Positions 37,561-47,778 of a stretch of DNA of 64,000 nucleotides are shown piece by piece; the first letter of the stretch is position 1, and each line of letters opens with the position of its first letter. The stretch comes from an uncultured virus (IMG/VR IMGVR_UViG_3300037343_000250). Its lineage: Duplodnaviria > Heunggongvirae > Uroviricota > Caudoviricetes. The notes beneath the pieces were generated by a model. The model made no database searches. It worked only from the letters and a program-made list of their open reading frames with translations, and was not told the origin of the DNA. The position numbers and the translations under genes were made by a program. The stretch is taken from the IMG/VR virus record IMGVR_UViG_3300037343_000250, positions 1 to 64,000 of that record. One strand, written 5' to 3'.

Positions 37561-38586
37561 ATGGTTGACTATATTGATCTACAGCACGTTATGATGCTGT
37601 CTAATAAACTTGAGCGTTTTTCTATCAAAAATAAATCCCCTTATCGCATTAACTTTAGATGCATATATTGTGGTGATTCACAAACCTCCAAATCAAAAGC
37701 AAGAGCTTGGTTTCTTGAAGACAAATATCAGTCGTTTAGGTATTTTTGTCATAACTGCGGCGAGAGTCATTCTTTCGTTTCATTCTTGCGTGGGTTTGAC
37801 ACTATGGCGTATAATTCATACATTACCGATAAATATGTCAATGATGTATCAAGGGTAGATGCGCCCCCAACAGCAAGAATAGAACTAACCAAAGAACCGC
37901 CAAAATTAAGTATTAACCATCTATCTAAGATCAAAAAAATCAGTCAGTTGAAATTTGATCATCCAGCAAAACTGTATATCCAATCAAGAAAAATTCCAAC
38001 CGACCAGCATTACAGGATATTTTATGCGCCCAAGTTTAAGACTTGGGTAAATTCTATTATACCAGAAAAATTAATATTTACAAGAGATGAGCCTAGAATT
38101 GTCATCCCCTTTCTAGATAGTAAAGGAAAAATGTTTGGCTTTACGGGTAGGGGATTTGACCCTAATGGATTACGATATCTCACTATCATGATAGATGAAA
38201 AGCCAAAAATATTTGGTCTGGATAAAGTCGATTCGAAAAAACAATATTATGTACTCGAAGGTGCGATAGATAGTTTGTTTGTTCCAAATTCTATTGCAAT
38301 GGCGGGTGCTGATGGTAATCTTTCAGGGCTAGATAATGTTGAAAATGCGGTTTTCGTTTTTGATTTGGAATACAGAAACAAAGAAATTATGAAACGTGTC
38401 GAAAAAATAATTGACAAAGGCATGAAAGTATGCTTGTTCCCTAAAGGGATGACAAAGTATGGAAAAGACATAAATGATTTTGTATCAAGTGGATTATCAT
38501 CATCTTATATTGTGGACATGATCAAGAAAAACGTGTATAGTGGTTTAGAAGCTAAGATAAAGCTGATCGATCTCAAAAACTGTTAA
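37561..38586 (+). CDS. 61: DNA primase gp61
   Basis: FRCIYCGDS...CHNCG zinc ribbon; TOPRIM EGAIDS; KDIND; consensus promoter 37488-37516. Confidence 0.95.
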   Translation: MVDYIDLQHVMMLSNKLERFSIKNKSPYRINFRCIYCGDSQTSKSKARAWFLEDKYQSFRYFCHNCGESHSFVSFLRGFDTMAYNSYITDKYVNDVSRVDAPPTARIELTKEPPKLSINHLSKIKKISQLKFDHPAKLYIQSRKIPTDQHYRIFYAPKFKTWVNSIIPEKLIFTRDEPRIVIPFLDSKGKMFGFTGRGFDPNGLRYLTIMIDEKPKIFGLDKVDSKKQYYVLEGAIDSLFVPNSIAMAGADGNLSGLDNVENAVFVFDLEYRNKEIMKRVEKIIDKGMKVCLFPKGMTKYGKDINDFVSSGLSSSYIVDMIKKNVYSGLEAKIKLIDLKNC

Positions 38587-38599
38587 CAACGGGGTAAAT

Positions 38600-39295
38600 G
38601 TGTTGAAACTAATAAACGGCGATTGTCTACTAGAGATCAAAAAAATTGAAAGTGGGTCTGTTGATATGGTAGTTACAGACCCGCCATATGGTATGAATTT
38701 TGTGTCTAATGCAGCAAAAGAAGGTCCAAGACATAAAGCCATTAATGGTGATGATAAGGTAAATACAGAATGGATTTCAGAAGCTTTTCGCGTATTAAAA
38801 GATGGTGGTGGTTTCGTCACATTTTGTGACTGGAATACAAGTCACATTTGGCGGGAGTCTATTGAAAAAAACGGATTCAATTTGCGTTCACAAGGTGTTT
38901 GGAATCGTATGCATCATGGCATGGGCGATTTGACAGGGGCTTTTGCACCTATGCATGATATTATCTGGTATGCATCAAAAGGACGAAGAATCTTTGACAA
39001 CAAACGATTGAAGTCTGTTTTTTCACATCGTAGACCAAGCCCATCCGAAGATAATGGGCATCCGACTTGCAAACCAGTTAGCCTCATGGAAGAAATTATT
39101 CATGGGATTGGTGATGGTTCTAATGGCATTGTTTTAGATCCATTCATGGGTTCAGGTAGTACAGGTGTAGCAGCAAAGAAATTGAACTTGCCATTTGTAG
39201 GAATAGAGTTAGATGAAACATATTTTGCAACTGCACAGAAAAGAATAAATGGCACAAGTGGATTGATAGATTTTTTTAATATGGGGGAAATATGA
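38600..39295 (+). CDS. N4-C/N6-A DNA methyltransferase (beta class)
   Basis: TDPPYG...HPTCKP...LDPFMGSGST. Confidence 0.92.
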   Translation: MLKLINGDCLLEIKKIESGSVDMVVTDPPYGMNFVSNAAKEGPRHKAINGDDKVNTEWISEAFRVLKDGGGFVTFCDWNTSHIWRESIEKNGFNLRSQGVWNRMHHGMGDLTGAFAPMHDIIWYASKGRRIFDNKRLKSVFSHRRPSPSEDNGHPTCKPVSLMEEIIHGIGDGSNGIVLDPFMGSGSTGVAAKKLNLPFVGIELDETYFATAQKRINGTSGLIDFFNMGEI

Positions 39296-39990
39296 AAATT
39301 AAGAATGGTGAATTTTGGCTTGGCGATTGTCTTGAATTGATGAAAGATATTCCTGATGGTTCTATTGATATGGTCATAACCGACCCACCATACAAGATGA
39401 CAAAAACAGGAAACTCATCAAGACCAAATTATATGCCAAACGGGTTTATAATAGGTGACAGTTTACCAGATACAAGAATTTGGTTCGAAGAAGTATTCAG
39501 AGTCATGAAAGATTCTACTCATTTTTACACATTCACAAATCGAAATGACTTGCGTAACTATTTAAACATAGCTGATGAAGTTGGATTTCATTTTCATAAC
39601 ATTATAAACATGATAAAAGATACAAATATGCCAAACAGATGGTATTTAAAATACACTGAACCAGTCTTATTTTTTAAAAAAGGTAAAGCAAAAGCAATAC
39701 ATGATATGACTAGTAGAGATTATCAACATGTAAAAATGCTAAAAGGTATTGATAAGATGCACCCAACTGAAAAACCATTATCTTTTATACAAAAGTTAAT
39801 AACTAACTCTTCTGTTGTAGGTGACATCGTTCTAGACCCATTTGCTGGTTCTGGCACAACTGCTGTTGCTGCTGAAAAGAATAATCGCAAATGGATTTGT
39901 ATAGAACAAAACAAAAAATATTATGATATAGCAACAAATAGAGTAATGGAAATGCATGTACACCAATCACACAATTTTTTTGGAGAATGA
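39292..39990 (+). CDS. N4-C/N6-A DNA methyltransferase (beta class)
   Basis: TDPPY...HPTEKP...LDPFAGSGTT. Confidence 0.92.
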   Translation: MKIKNGEFWLGDCLELMKDIPDGSIDMVITDPPYKMTKTGNSSRPNYMPNGFIIGDSLPDTRIWFEEVFRVMKDSTHFYTFTNRNDLRNYLNIADEVGFHFHNIINMIKDTNMPNRWYLKYTEPVLFFKKGKAKAIHDMTSRDYQHVKMLKGIDKMHPTEKPLSFIQKLITNSSVVGDIVLDPFAGSGTTAVAAEKNNRKWICIEQNKKYYDIATNRVMEMHVHQSHNFFGE

Positions 39991-40475
39991 ATATGACAGT
40001 AAATGCTATTTTAGCGCATGATAATAAATATGGTATAGGAAAAGATGGTGTTCTACCATGGCCACATTCCTCAGCTGATATGAAATGGTTTAGAGAATGT
40101 ACTAATGGCCATATTGTAATTATGGGTAGAAAAACATGGGAAAGTATCGGTAGTAAAAATCTACCAAAAAGAATGAATATCGTAGTCACAAGATCAGAAA
40201 TTATAGGCTCCCCTAAATATACTTGGTTTGGTGACATGAAGGAACTCATCGAAAATTTAAAAATGGAGTATCCAAACCTTAAAATCTGGATCATTGGCGG
40301 CGCTGATATTTATAGGCAAACCCTTCATCTATGCGACAACATTTTTGTGACTAAGATTGATGGTGATTATGATTGTGATGCATTTGTAGATATGAATATG
40401 TATCTTAATGGTTATGATAAGACGGCAGTAAACAAACAAGATGGGTTAGAATTTAGTATTTGGAGTAAGAATTGA
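39987..40475 (+). CDS. frd: dihydrofolate reductase
   Basis: GIGKDG.LPW..DMKWF; MGRKTWES; LPKR.N; IIGGA. Confidence 0.95.
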   Translation: MNMTVNAILAHDNKYGIGKDGVLPWPHSSADMKWFRECTNGHIVIMGRKTWESIGSKNLPKRMNIVVTRSEIIGSPKYTWFGDMKELIENLKMEYPNLKIWIIGGADIYRQTLHLCDNIFVTKIDGDYDCDAFVDMNMYLNGYDKTAVNKQDGLEFSIWSKN

Positions 40476-41362
40476 AACAATATCATATGCTACTAAAAGA
40501 TATTTTAGAAAACGGTGAAAATGTAAGTGACAGAACAGGGACAGGAACCCGTACCTTATTCGGTCGTCAAATGCATTTTAATCTTGTAGATGGGTTTCCA
40601 GCGGTAACAACAAAAAAACTTGCATGGAAATCTGTTGTTGGTGAATTGCTTTGGATGCTTGAAGGAAGCACAGATGAACGTAGGCTTGCCGAACTAACTT
40701 ATGGTAAGCCCAGAAAAGATTTAGTTGGAAGAAATACAATTTGGACTGCCAACGCAGATAATCAAGGTGTTGCGTTAGGATATGAAAATAACGATTCTAA
40801 AAAAGAGCTGGGGCCAATTTATGGGGAAATTTGGCGAAATTTTGACTATTTCAGAGGATCAGAATGTGGTGTTGACCAAATACTGCAAATTATCGAACAA
40901 ATAAAAGAAACACCAGATTCAAGGAGAATCATATTATCTGCTTGGAATCCTTTGTTAATTCCTGAAATGTCATTGCCGCCTTGTCACTACACCGCGCAAT
41001 TTCGTGTGGTAAATGGCAAACTAAGTTGCATGATGACACAAAGATCTGGCGATTTATTTTTAGGAATCCCGTTTAATATCGCAAGTTATGCTCTCTTGAC
41101 ACATATTATTGCTCGTGAATGTGGTTTGGAAGTAGGAAATTTTGTACATTCTATCGGTGATGCGCACATATATAATGATCACTTTGATCAGGTAAAAGAA
41201 CAACTGCTAAGAGAAGAATATGCTTTACCTACACTTGAAATTGGTGTAGAGTTTGACCTTATGGATAGACTACGCAATGGCTTTAAACTCGAAGATTGCC
41301 CTCTATTTACTCTTAAAAATTATGTACATCATCCCACAATAAAAGCACCAATGGCAGTATAA
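40472..41362 (+). CDS. td: thymidylate synthase (ThyA type), uninterrupted
   Basis: DRTGTGT; LPPCH; QRSGDLFLGIPFNIASY; GDAHIY. Confidence 0.96.
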   Translation: MKQYHMLLKDILENGENVSDRTGTGTRTLFGRQMHFNLVDGFPAVTTKKLAWKSVVGELLWMLEGSTDERRLAELTYGKPRKDLVGRNTIWTANADNQGVALGYENNDSKKELGPIYGEIWRNFDYFRGSECGVDQILQIIEQIKETPDSRRIILSAWNPLLIPEMSLPPCHYTAQFRVVNGKLSCMMTQRSGDLFLGIPFNIASYALLTHIIARECGLEVGNFVHSIGDAHIYNDHFDQVKEQLLREEYALPTLEIGVEFDLMDRLRNGFKLEDCPLFTLKNYVHHPTIKAPMAV

Positions 41363-41463
41363 ACACTAAACTTGGTATTTTGACATGTATAAATACACAT
41401 CCCAGCACAACATATAGTAAATATATATTTGCTATCAAACAATTTTAACACTAAGAGGTACTG

Positions 41464-43083
41464 ATGACTATAATTATTAAACGAGATGGACGCAAAGAGC
41501 AGTTAGATTTGAACAAAATACATACTGTTGTTGAATGGGCTTGTGACAAGATTACAGGGGTGTCTATTTCGGAAGTTGAACTGAAATCACAAATTCAATT
41601 TTATGCAGGTATTACGAGTGAAGAAATTCATGAAACTCTTATCCGTTCAGCATCCGAATTAATTTCAGAAGAAACCCCTAACTATCAATTTGTTGCATCA
41701 AAGTTGATTAACTTTGATCTTCGTAAGCGAGCATATGGGCATTATGAGCCTTGGCATATCAAAGATATCGTAAAGCGAGGCGTTCAGAAAGGTTTTTATA
41801 ACCCTGACTTACTTTCTGTATACAATGATGAAGATTGGGCGTTTATGGAGGGTGTCATAAATCACAATAGAGACTATGAAATTTCATATGCTGGTATGGT
41901 GCAGTTCAGGACCAAGTATCTCGTAAAAAATAAATCGACTATGGAGTATTTCGAAACACCGCAAATTGCATACATGTTGATTGCTGCTAGTGGTTGTATT
42001 TCTGAAGAAAGTAAAGATAGACTTAAATTTATCAAGAAAATTTATAACCATCTTTCCAAGTTTGATTTTACACTGCCAACACCTATCATGGCAGGATTGC
42101 GGACTAATGTAAAACAATTTTCATCTTGTACTTTAATTGATGCTGGTGATTCACTTGATTCGATCAATGCTGCCGCATCGGCTATTGTAAAATACGCAGC
42201 CAATAAAGCAGGTATTGGTTTGAATATCGGAAGAATTCGCGCGGTTGGCTCTCCAATCCGTAATGGTGAAGTTACCCATACTGGTGTAGTGCCATTTATA
42301 AAATATTTCAATGCTGCGCTAAAAAGCTGCAATCAGGGTGGAGTTCGCAATTCAAGCGGCACATTTTATTATCCAATGTGGCATTATGAATATGAAGATA
42401 TGATTGTACTAAAAAATAACAAAGGTACAGAAGACACGCGAGTTAGATCAGTAGATTATGGCGTTCAACTTAACAGATTTTTGATTCAAAGGCTAATCGA
42501 AGATGGCAACATTACTCTGTTTTCGCCCAACGATGTACCAGACCTTTATGAGGCTTTTTTCACAAATCAAGAATTGTTTGGAGAACTTTATGTCAAATAT
42601 GAAAATGACAGTAGTATTCGTAAAAAAACAATAACTGCTATTGAGGCGTTCAGTGTCCTTGCGCAAGAAAGAGTTGAGACAGGTCGCATCTATATTCAAT
42701 TTGTTGACAACACAAACGAGCAAGGTATGTTAGGCGAAGAAAATCCAGTATATATGAGTAATTTGTGTTTAGTCGGTGATACCAAAATTGATGTGATTTG
42801 TGATAATCAACCATTTAAAATTAATATAGAAGACTTGGGTAATTTTATGCGCAAGTATGATAACGTGGTGGTCAAGTCTTACAATACGGATACGAAGGCT
42901 GTTGAATATATGCCTATTGAAGCGTTTGGTCTCACAAACCCCGACGCAGATTTATATCAAGTAACTACCGATGATGATACACATAGTGTAGTGTGTACGA
43001 GCGATCATTTATTCTGGACTGATAATAGAGGATATGTGGCAGCAATAGATTTGACTGAAGAAGATAGAATAAAAACATTATAG
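41464..43083 (+). CDS. nrdA: class Ia ribonucleotide reductase alpha N-terminal part fused to split-intein N fragment (42766-43080)
   Basis: ATP cone; PTPIMAG; QFSSC; QGGVR; SNL|CLVGDT...CTSDHLFWT.NRGYV.A. Confidence 0.94.
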   Translation: MTIIIKRDGRKEQLDLNKIHTVVEWACDKITGVSISEVELKSQIQFYAGITSEEIHETLIRSASELISEETPNYQFVASKLINFDLRKRAYGHYEPWHIKDIVKRGVQKGFYNPDLLSVYNDEDWAFMEGVINHNRDYEISYAGMVQFRTKYLVKNKSTMEYFETPQIAYMLIAASGCISEESKDRLKFIKKIYNHLSKFDFTLPTPIMAGLRTNVKQFSSCTLIDAGDSLDSINAAASAIVKYAANKAGIGLNIGRIRAVGSPIRNGEVTHTGVVPFIKYFNAALKSCNQGGVRNSSGTFYYPMWHYEYEDMIVLKNNKGTEDTRVRSVDYGVQLNRFLIQRLIEDGNITLFSPNDVPDLYEAFFTNQELFGELYVKYENDSSIRKKTITAIEAFSVLAQERVETGRIYIQFVDNTNEQGMLGEENPVYMSNLCLVGDTKIDVICDNQPFKINIEDLGNFMRKYDNVVVKSYNTDTKAVEYMPIEAFGLTNPDADLYQVTTDDDTHSVVCTSDHLFWTDNRGYVAAIDLTEEDRIKTL

Positions 43084-43094
43084 TACAATGAAAT

Positions 43095-43134
43095 ACCTCT
43101 TTGCATAAATAAAATTAGTTAAATGCAAAGAGGT
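43095..43134 (+). promoter_or_regulatory. RBS-sequestering hairpin with a late-promoter-like CATAAATA
   Basis: ACCTCTTTGCAT/ATGCAAAGAGGT perfect 12-bp inverted repeat covering GAGG. Confidence 0.75.
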
Positions 43135-43139
43135 GCTAC

Positions 43140-44129
43140 ATGAACTATCGTAAACTACATGACAAATTTATAAATTATTTTATAAATACCGCCCCTAAAG
43201 AAAGGTTAATGGCAAAAAATAATATAGACAAAAGGCTTGATAAAGAGAATTTATATGTGGAGATTCATCATATAATTCCTAAACATGATGGTGGGTGCGA
43301 TTCGCCACATAATCTTGTTACTCTATTACCCGAAGAACACGTCTTCATACATAAGCTAAGATACAAGGCTTACGGTCAAAGAGGTGATATGCTTTCTGTT
43401 AGGTTTGTTCTTAATGGTATGAAAAGCAATGCTAGATTTAATGTTGATGGGTCTAACATGCACCTTACTAAGTATATATTAGGCGGATATGCGTTCATAA
43501 AAAGTAATTCATCTGAATTCAGAAAAAAAGTTGGGTGGCATACGCCAAATGGAGCTAAAAAAATATCCGAATCGAGGAAAGGCAATATGCCAGTGAAAGA
43601 TGTTGATACTTTAAAAATTATAGGTTCAGTAAGTTGCCAACACCCTAAAGTGATATCGGGTCAGTGGGTCCACCATAGTAAAGGTGTAAAATACACAGAT
43701 GAAAGAAAATTATCTATGGTAAATGGTAGTGGGGATAAAAATAATAACTATTCTGGTTATGATGATGACCAACTCATTTTAAACTTTATCGAAATATGCA
43801 ATAAATTAGGATATATACCAGGTCATAAAACAGCAACAGATTTTGGGGTTGAAAATAATATATATTTTCCTAAGTCAATAAAAGATTTTAGGTTTGATGG
43901 AGATGGCTTTCGTGGTATGATACAAATAGTGGAAGAAAAAACAGGTCTAAAATATGACCCATACTATACCAGAAGATCTGGTCGTGTGAAAATAATAAGC
44001 GGAAAACGTTGTTGGGTTACTGACGGCGTTAATAGCAAATCAATCTCTTTTATTGATTTGAATGAATATAATCTAATAGGATGGAAAAAAGGAAGAACAT
44101 TATATGGCAAAAGTAATAAAATTAAATAA
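43140..44129 (+). CDS. free-standing HNH homing endonuclease (MobE-like)
   Basis: MNYRKLH..; EIHHIIPKHDGG.D..HNLV.L..EEH..IH; NUMOD-like C-terminal motifs. Confidence 0.88.
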   Translation: MNYRKLHDKFINYFINTAPKERLMAKNNIDKRLDKENLYVEIHHIIPKHDGGCDSPHNLVTLLPEEHVFIHKLRYKAYGQRGDMLSVRFVLNGMKSNARFNVDGSNMHLTKYILGGYAFIKSNSSEFRKKVGWHTPNGAKKISESRKGNMPVKDVDTLKIIGSVSCQHPKVISGQWVHHSKGVKYTDERKLSMVNGSGDKNNNYSGYDDDQLILNFIEICNKLGYIPGHKTATDFGVENNIYFPKSIKDFRFDGDGFRGMIQIVEEKTGLKYDPYYTRRSGRVKIISGKRCWVTDGVNSKSISFIDLNEYNLIGWKKGRTLYGKSNKIK

Positions 44130-45183
44130 AAGAGCCCCAGTATATGATATAACAGTAGCAGAAAATCATAACTTTTTTGCTAATGGCGTTTTAGTGCATA
44201 ATTGCGCCGAAGTCGTACAGACCACAAAGCCAATGCAAAGTATTAGTGATGTTGACGGACTAATATCATTGTGCACACTTGCTGCATATAATATGGGCAA
44301 TATTAAAACGCCTGATGATTTTGAAAAACTTTCAAAAGTAGTTGTAAGGTTTTTAGATAATGTTTTGACATATCAGACTTATCTTCTACCATCCGCACTT
44401 TCATCAACATTGAAGTATCGTAACATTGGTATTGGAATATCGAATTTGGCATACTTTTTAGCCAAAAACAATTACAAATATACAGGCGAAGACACACCAA
44501 AATTCTTACATCCATATATGGAGGCAATGGGGTATTATACTATTAAAGCGTCGGCTGAACTTGCACAAGAAAGAGGTTCTTTTGATGCTTTTTCCACTAC
44601 TAAATGGGCCAAAGGTAAATTGCCCATTGATACATATCGCAAAGCTGTTGATAGTATTGTAGAAAACGATTTGTTGCTTGACTGGAATGCATTACGCGAA
44701 ATTACTAGCAAAGGCATGAGAAATGCTACAATACTGAGCTTGATGCCTGTTGAAACTTCGAGTCAGTTGGTTAATGCTACTAATGGTGTTGAGCCGCCCC
44801 GTGGACTTATTTCTGTCAAGAATTCAAAGGATGGTTCTATGAAGCAAGTTGTTCCAGAGATTCAACGGCTGAAAAATAAATATGATCTTTTGTGGGATCA
44901 AAAATCACCTACTGGTTATCTAAATATTATGGCCACGATACAAAAGTTTGTGGATCAATCTATTTCTACGAACACATCTTACAATCCCGAATTTTATCCA
45001 AGCAATGAAATTCCACTTATGGTCATACTTGGTGACATCATTTATGCTTGCAAAATGGGAATTAAGACACTATACTATTGCAACACATATGATATGTCTG
45101 GTGAAGTAAAATTAGATGAGCCGCTATCTGTAAATGAAGTCACAGACGGCGATGATGATTATTGTGAATCTTGCGTACTATAA
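44104..45183 (+). CDS. nrdA: split-intein C fragment (33 aa, to 44202) fused to NrdA C-terminal part
   Basis: PVYDITVAENHNFFANGVLVHN|CAE; LCTL; NATNGVEP; KTLYY; CESC. Confidence 0.94.
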   Translation: MAKVIKLNKRAPVYDITVAENHNFFANGVLVHNCAEVVQTTKPMQSISDVDGLISLCTLAAYNMGNIKTPDDFEKLSKVVVRFLDNVLTYQTYLLPSALSSTLKYRNIGIGISNLAYFLAKNNYKYTGEDTPKFLHPYMEAMGYYTIKASAELAQERGSFDAFSTTKWAKGKLPIDTYRKAVDSIVENDLLLDWNALREITSKGMRNATILSLMPVETSSQLVNATNGVEPPRGLISVKNSKDGSMKQVVPEIQRLKNKYDLLWDQKSPTGYLNIMATIQKFVDQSISTNTSYNPEFYPSNEIPLMVILGDIIYACKMGIKTLYYCNTYDMSGEVKLDEPLSVNEVTDGDDDYCESCVL

Positions 45184-45205
45184 ATTTAAATAAAAGGAAA
45201 ATATA

Positions 45206-46291
45206 ATGACACTAACAGTAGATTATACGGGCAGGGGGATGTTCCTTGATGGTTCTGTAGATATCGCAAGATACGATCAACCACAATTTCCTGCTCTTGA
45301 TCGGTTTGTTAAACAACAAAGAGGATTCTTTTGGGTTCCAGAAGAAATCAATGACATCAATAAAGACAAAGAAGACTTTCGGAGTTTAACCGAGCATGAA
45401 CAGCATATTTTTATTTCAAATTTGCTGCGTCAAACCCTTTTAGACAGTATTCAGGGACGCGCGCCTTCCGAAGTGTTTTCGCCAATTACCTCTGTACCTG
45501 AAGCAGAAATCTGGACACAGACTTGGGCATTTAGTGAAACTATTCACTCTTACTCGTATACTTATATAATTCGCAATATATTTCCAAAACCAGATGAAAT
45601 TTTTAGCAAAATGCCTAGTATCATGGAAATTGTAGATTGCTCAAATGACATTTCACATTATTATGACGATTTAGACAAATATAATAAATTAGTTTCTCTA
45701 TATGGATATACCGATGGCCGAAACTTACATGACCATAAAAAACTGCTTTGGAAATGTATTATGTCAGTAAATATTCTCGAAGGCATTAGATTTTTTGTGT
45801 CTTTTGCATGTTCTTGGAATTTTGCCGAACGTAAACTTATGGAAGGCAATGCGAAAATTATTAAGTTGATTGCCAGAGATGAAAATCTACATTTAGGATC
45901 TACGCAATATATGTTAAGAGAGCTTGTACGTACTGATTCGGAATTTGCGGATATTGCAAAAGAAACTGAACAAGAATGTATTGATATGTTCAAAGATGCA
46001 ATTCTACAAGAAAAAGCATGGGCAAAATATCTATTCAAAGAAGGTTCTATGGTGGGCCTAAATGAAAATATTCTTTGTGATTATGTAGACTATATCGCAA
46101 AAGTTCGTATGAAAGCAGTAGGGCTTCCATGCGATATTGAAATTTCGCAAAATCCACTACCTTGGACTTTGAAATGGATTGGCGGAAAAGAAATGCAGCC
46201 TGCGCCACAAGAAACAAATATAACATCTTATCGTATAGGTGGTATGAATACTGCGGTGGATAAAAGTGCTATGGGTAAATTTTCACTATAA
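45206..46291 (+). CDS. nrdB: ribonucleotide reductase beta subunit
   Basis: FFWVPEE; QTLLDSIQGR; ETIHS.SY; EGIRF.VSF; RDENLH. Confidence 0.96.
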   Translation: MTLTVDYTGRGMFLDGSVDIARYDQPQFPALDRFVKQQRGFFWVPEEINDINKDKEDFRSLTEHEQHIFISNLLRQTLLDSIQGRAPSEVFSPITSVPEAEIWTQTWAFSETIHSYSYTYIIRNIFPKPDEIFSKMPSIMEIVDCSNDISHYYDDLDKYNKLVSLYGYTDGRNLHDHKKLLWKCIMSVNILEGIRFFVSFACSWNFAERKLMEGNAKIIKLIARDENLHLGSTQYMLRELVRTDSEFADIAKETEQECIDMFKDAILQEKAWAKYLFKEGSMVGLNENILCDYVDYIAKVRMKAVGLPCDIEISQNPLPWTLKWIGGKEMQPAPQETNITSYRIGGMNTAVDKSAMGKFSL

Positions 46292-46712
46292 AAAACTGAA
46301 AATCCTCTGTTTAGGGGGTTTTCATATACATTTTTTTATGATAGAATATAAATTCATCCACAATCATAGGATTACATCAGTATGTGGGAACTTTGGGTAG
46401 AGTATAGTTATGGCTGGACATGGCGGGTAATTGGTGCTGTAGAGCCTAATGACTTGCTTCAAAATATTATTGACGAAACGAATGATAATGATTTTATTTC
46501 AATGCGGGTGGTTTCAAAAAAAGAAGATAGACCAATCGTATTGAATTAAAAATACACCAACATCATTTTACCCCGATGGCACCAAGAATATTTTTGGTGG
46601 ACACTATTGAAATTAATAAATCTGAAATTGGCGGGCATACTTGCCAATTTCTTTCTTGAATCTGTTATTATTATAGGCTATAATAGTCTTTGGTATGAAA
46701 AAAGGGAAAAAC

Positions 46713-47165
46713 ATGAAAATAATTGGTATGGCTTTTATTGCCTTACTTTTATTTTGTAGTCAAACTTTATCACAAACATGTGACTATGAAAAAGAAATTA
46801 AAGTGCTTGCATTGAACATGTATCATGAGGCTCGTGGCGAGGGTCATGATGGTATGCAAATGGTTGGCGAAGTAACACTAAATAGAGTTGAGAATAAAAA
46901 CTTCCCAGATAATATATGCGATGTTGTTTATCAACGCAGTCAATTTTCTTGGACAAAAACAAAAAAAGACCACACACCATATAATGAAAAGCTTTGGGCC
47001 GAGTCACTTGAAATAGCAGAAAACCTTATTAATGGTGAAGTAGAATATTTCAATAACGGCGCTACCCATTTTTTAAATCCAGACAAATTGAAGCGGATGC
47101 CTACATGGGCAATAAAGTTCGAAAAAGTTGTTAGGATCGGCAATCATATATTTTATGCTATGTGA
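46713..47165 (+). CDS. SleB-like cell-wall hydrolase (Hydrolase_2)
   Basis: signal peptide; YHEARGE; V.LNRV; QFSW; GATHF; IGNHIFY. Confidence 0.9.
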   Translation: MKIIGMAFIALLLFCSQTLSQTCDYEKEIKVLALNMYHEARGEGHDGMQMVGEVTLNRVENKNFPDNICDVVYQRSQFSWTKTKKDHTPYNEKLWAESLEIAENLINGEVEYFNNGATHFLNPDKLKRMPTWAIKFEKVVRIGNHIFYAM

Positions 47166-47778
47166 AAGGATTTGTAATGAATAAAAGCGTCAAAAAGGCT
47201 GAATTAAGTATTGAATTTTCAGATTATGAAGATGATGAAATGATTGATGAAATCGTAGATAGAGGTTATAAAGTTTTTGACGAAAATTTATATGACCTTG
47301 ATGATGATGTCATGGTCAAATTATTGAATGAAAGAGGTTCCTTTGTATACGATAGTGAAGAAGCCACGATATCTAATCACGAACTTAGTTTACTAAAAGA
47401 TATTTTTGGAAATCCCAGATTAGGGTCTGAGGAATCAAACCTTCAAGATAAGGTACTTTATATAATAGAGCAGCAGTTTAAATCTTGATAGTCAACGTCA
47501 ATAATAGATTATTTGAAACAAAATATTTCCCTTTTTTCAGAATAGAACAGACCGAAGATTTTGATATATATACCATAACCTACCCATCTGGATTCCAAGA
47601 AGAAATGGTAGTGTTTGACCAGAAAGATTATATGAATCGTCTAAAATGTCATATGAGGTTTTTGATAAGTGAATACGCACTTGAAGAAGACGATATGCTA
47701 ACGCCAAGGGCAATGAAATTAAAAAACGACATATTAGACATGATAGAAGAAAGATCCGATAATGCAAAAAGAATTTAG
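47162..47778 (+). other. two small acidic hypothetical ORFs (47162-47488, 47485-47778)
   Basis: translationally coupled ORFs. Confidence 0.6.

Noticed and set aside
21536..43140. Amber recoding as the explanation for split uvsX and nrdA (both N-halves end in TAG)
   Set aside because: In-frame TAA follows within a few codons in both cases, many intact genes end in TAG, and no CUA tRNA was seen.
40472..46291. Introns in td or nrdB as in T4
   Set aside because: Both ORFs are contiguous and full length.
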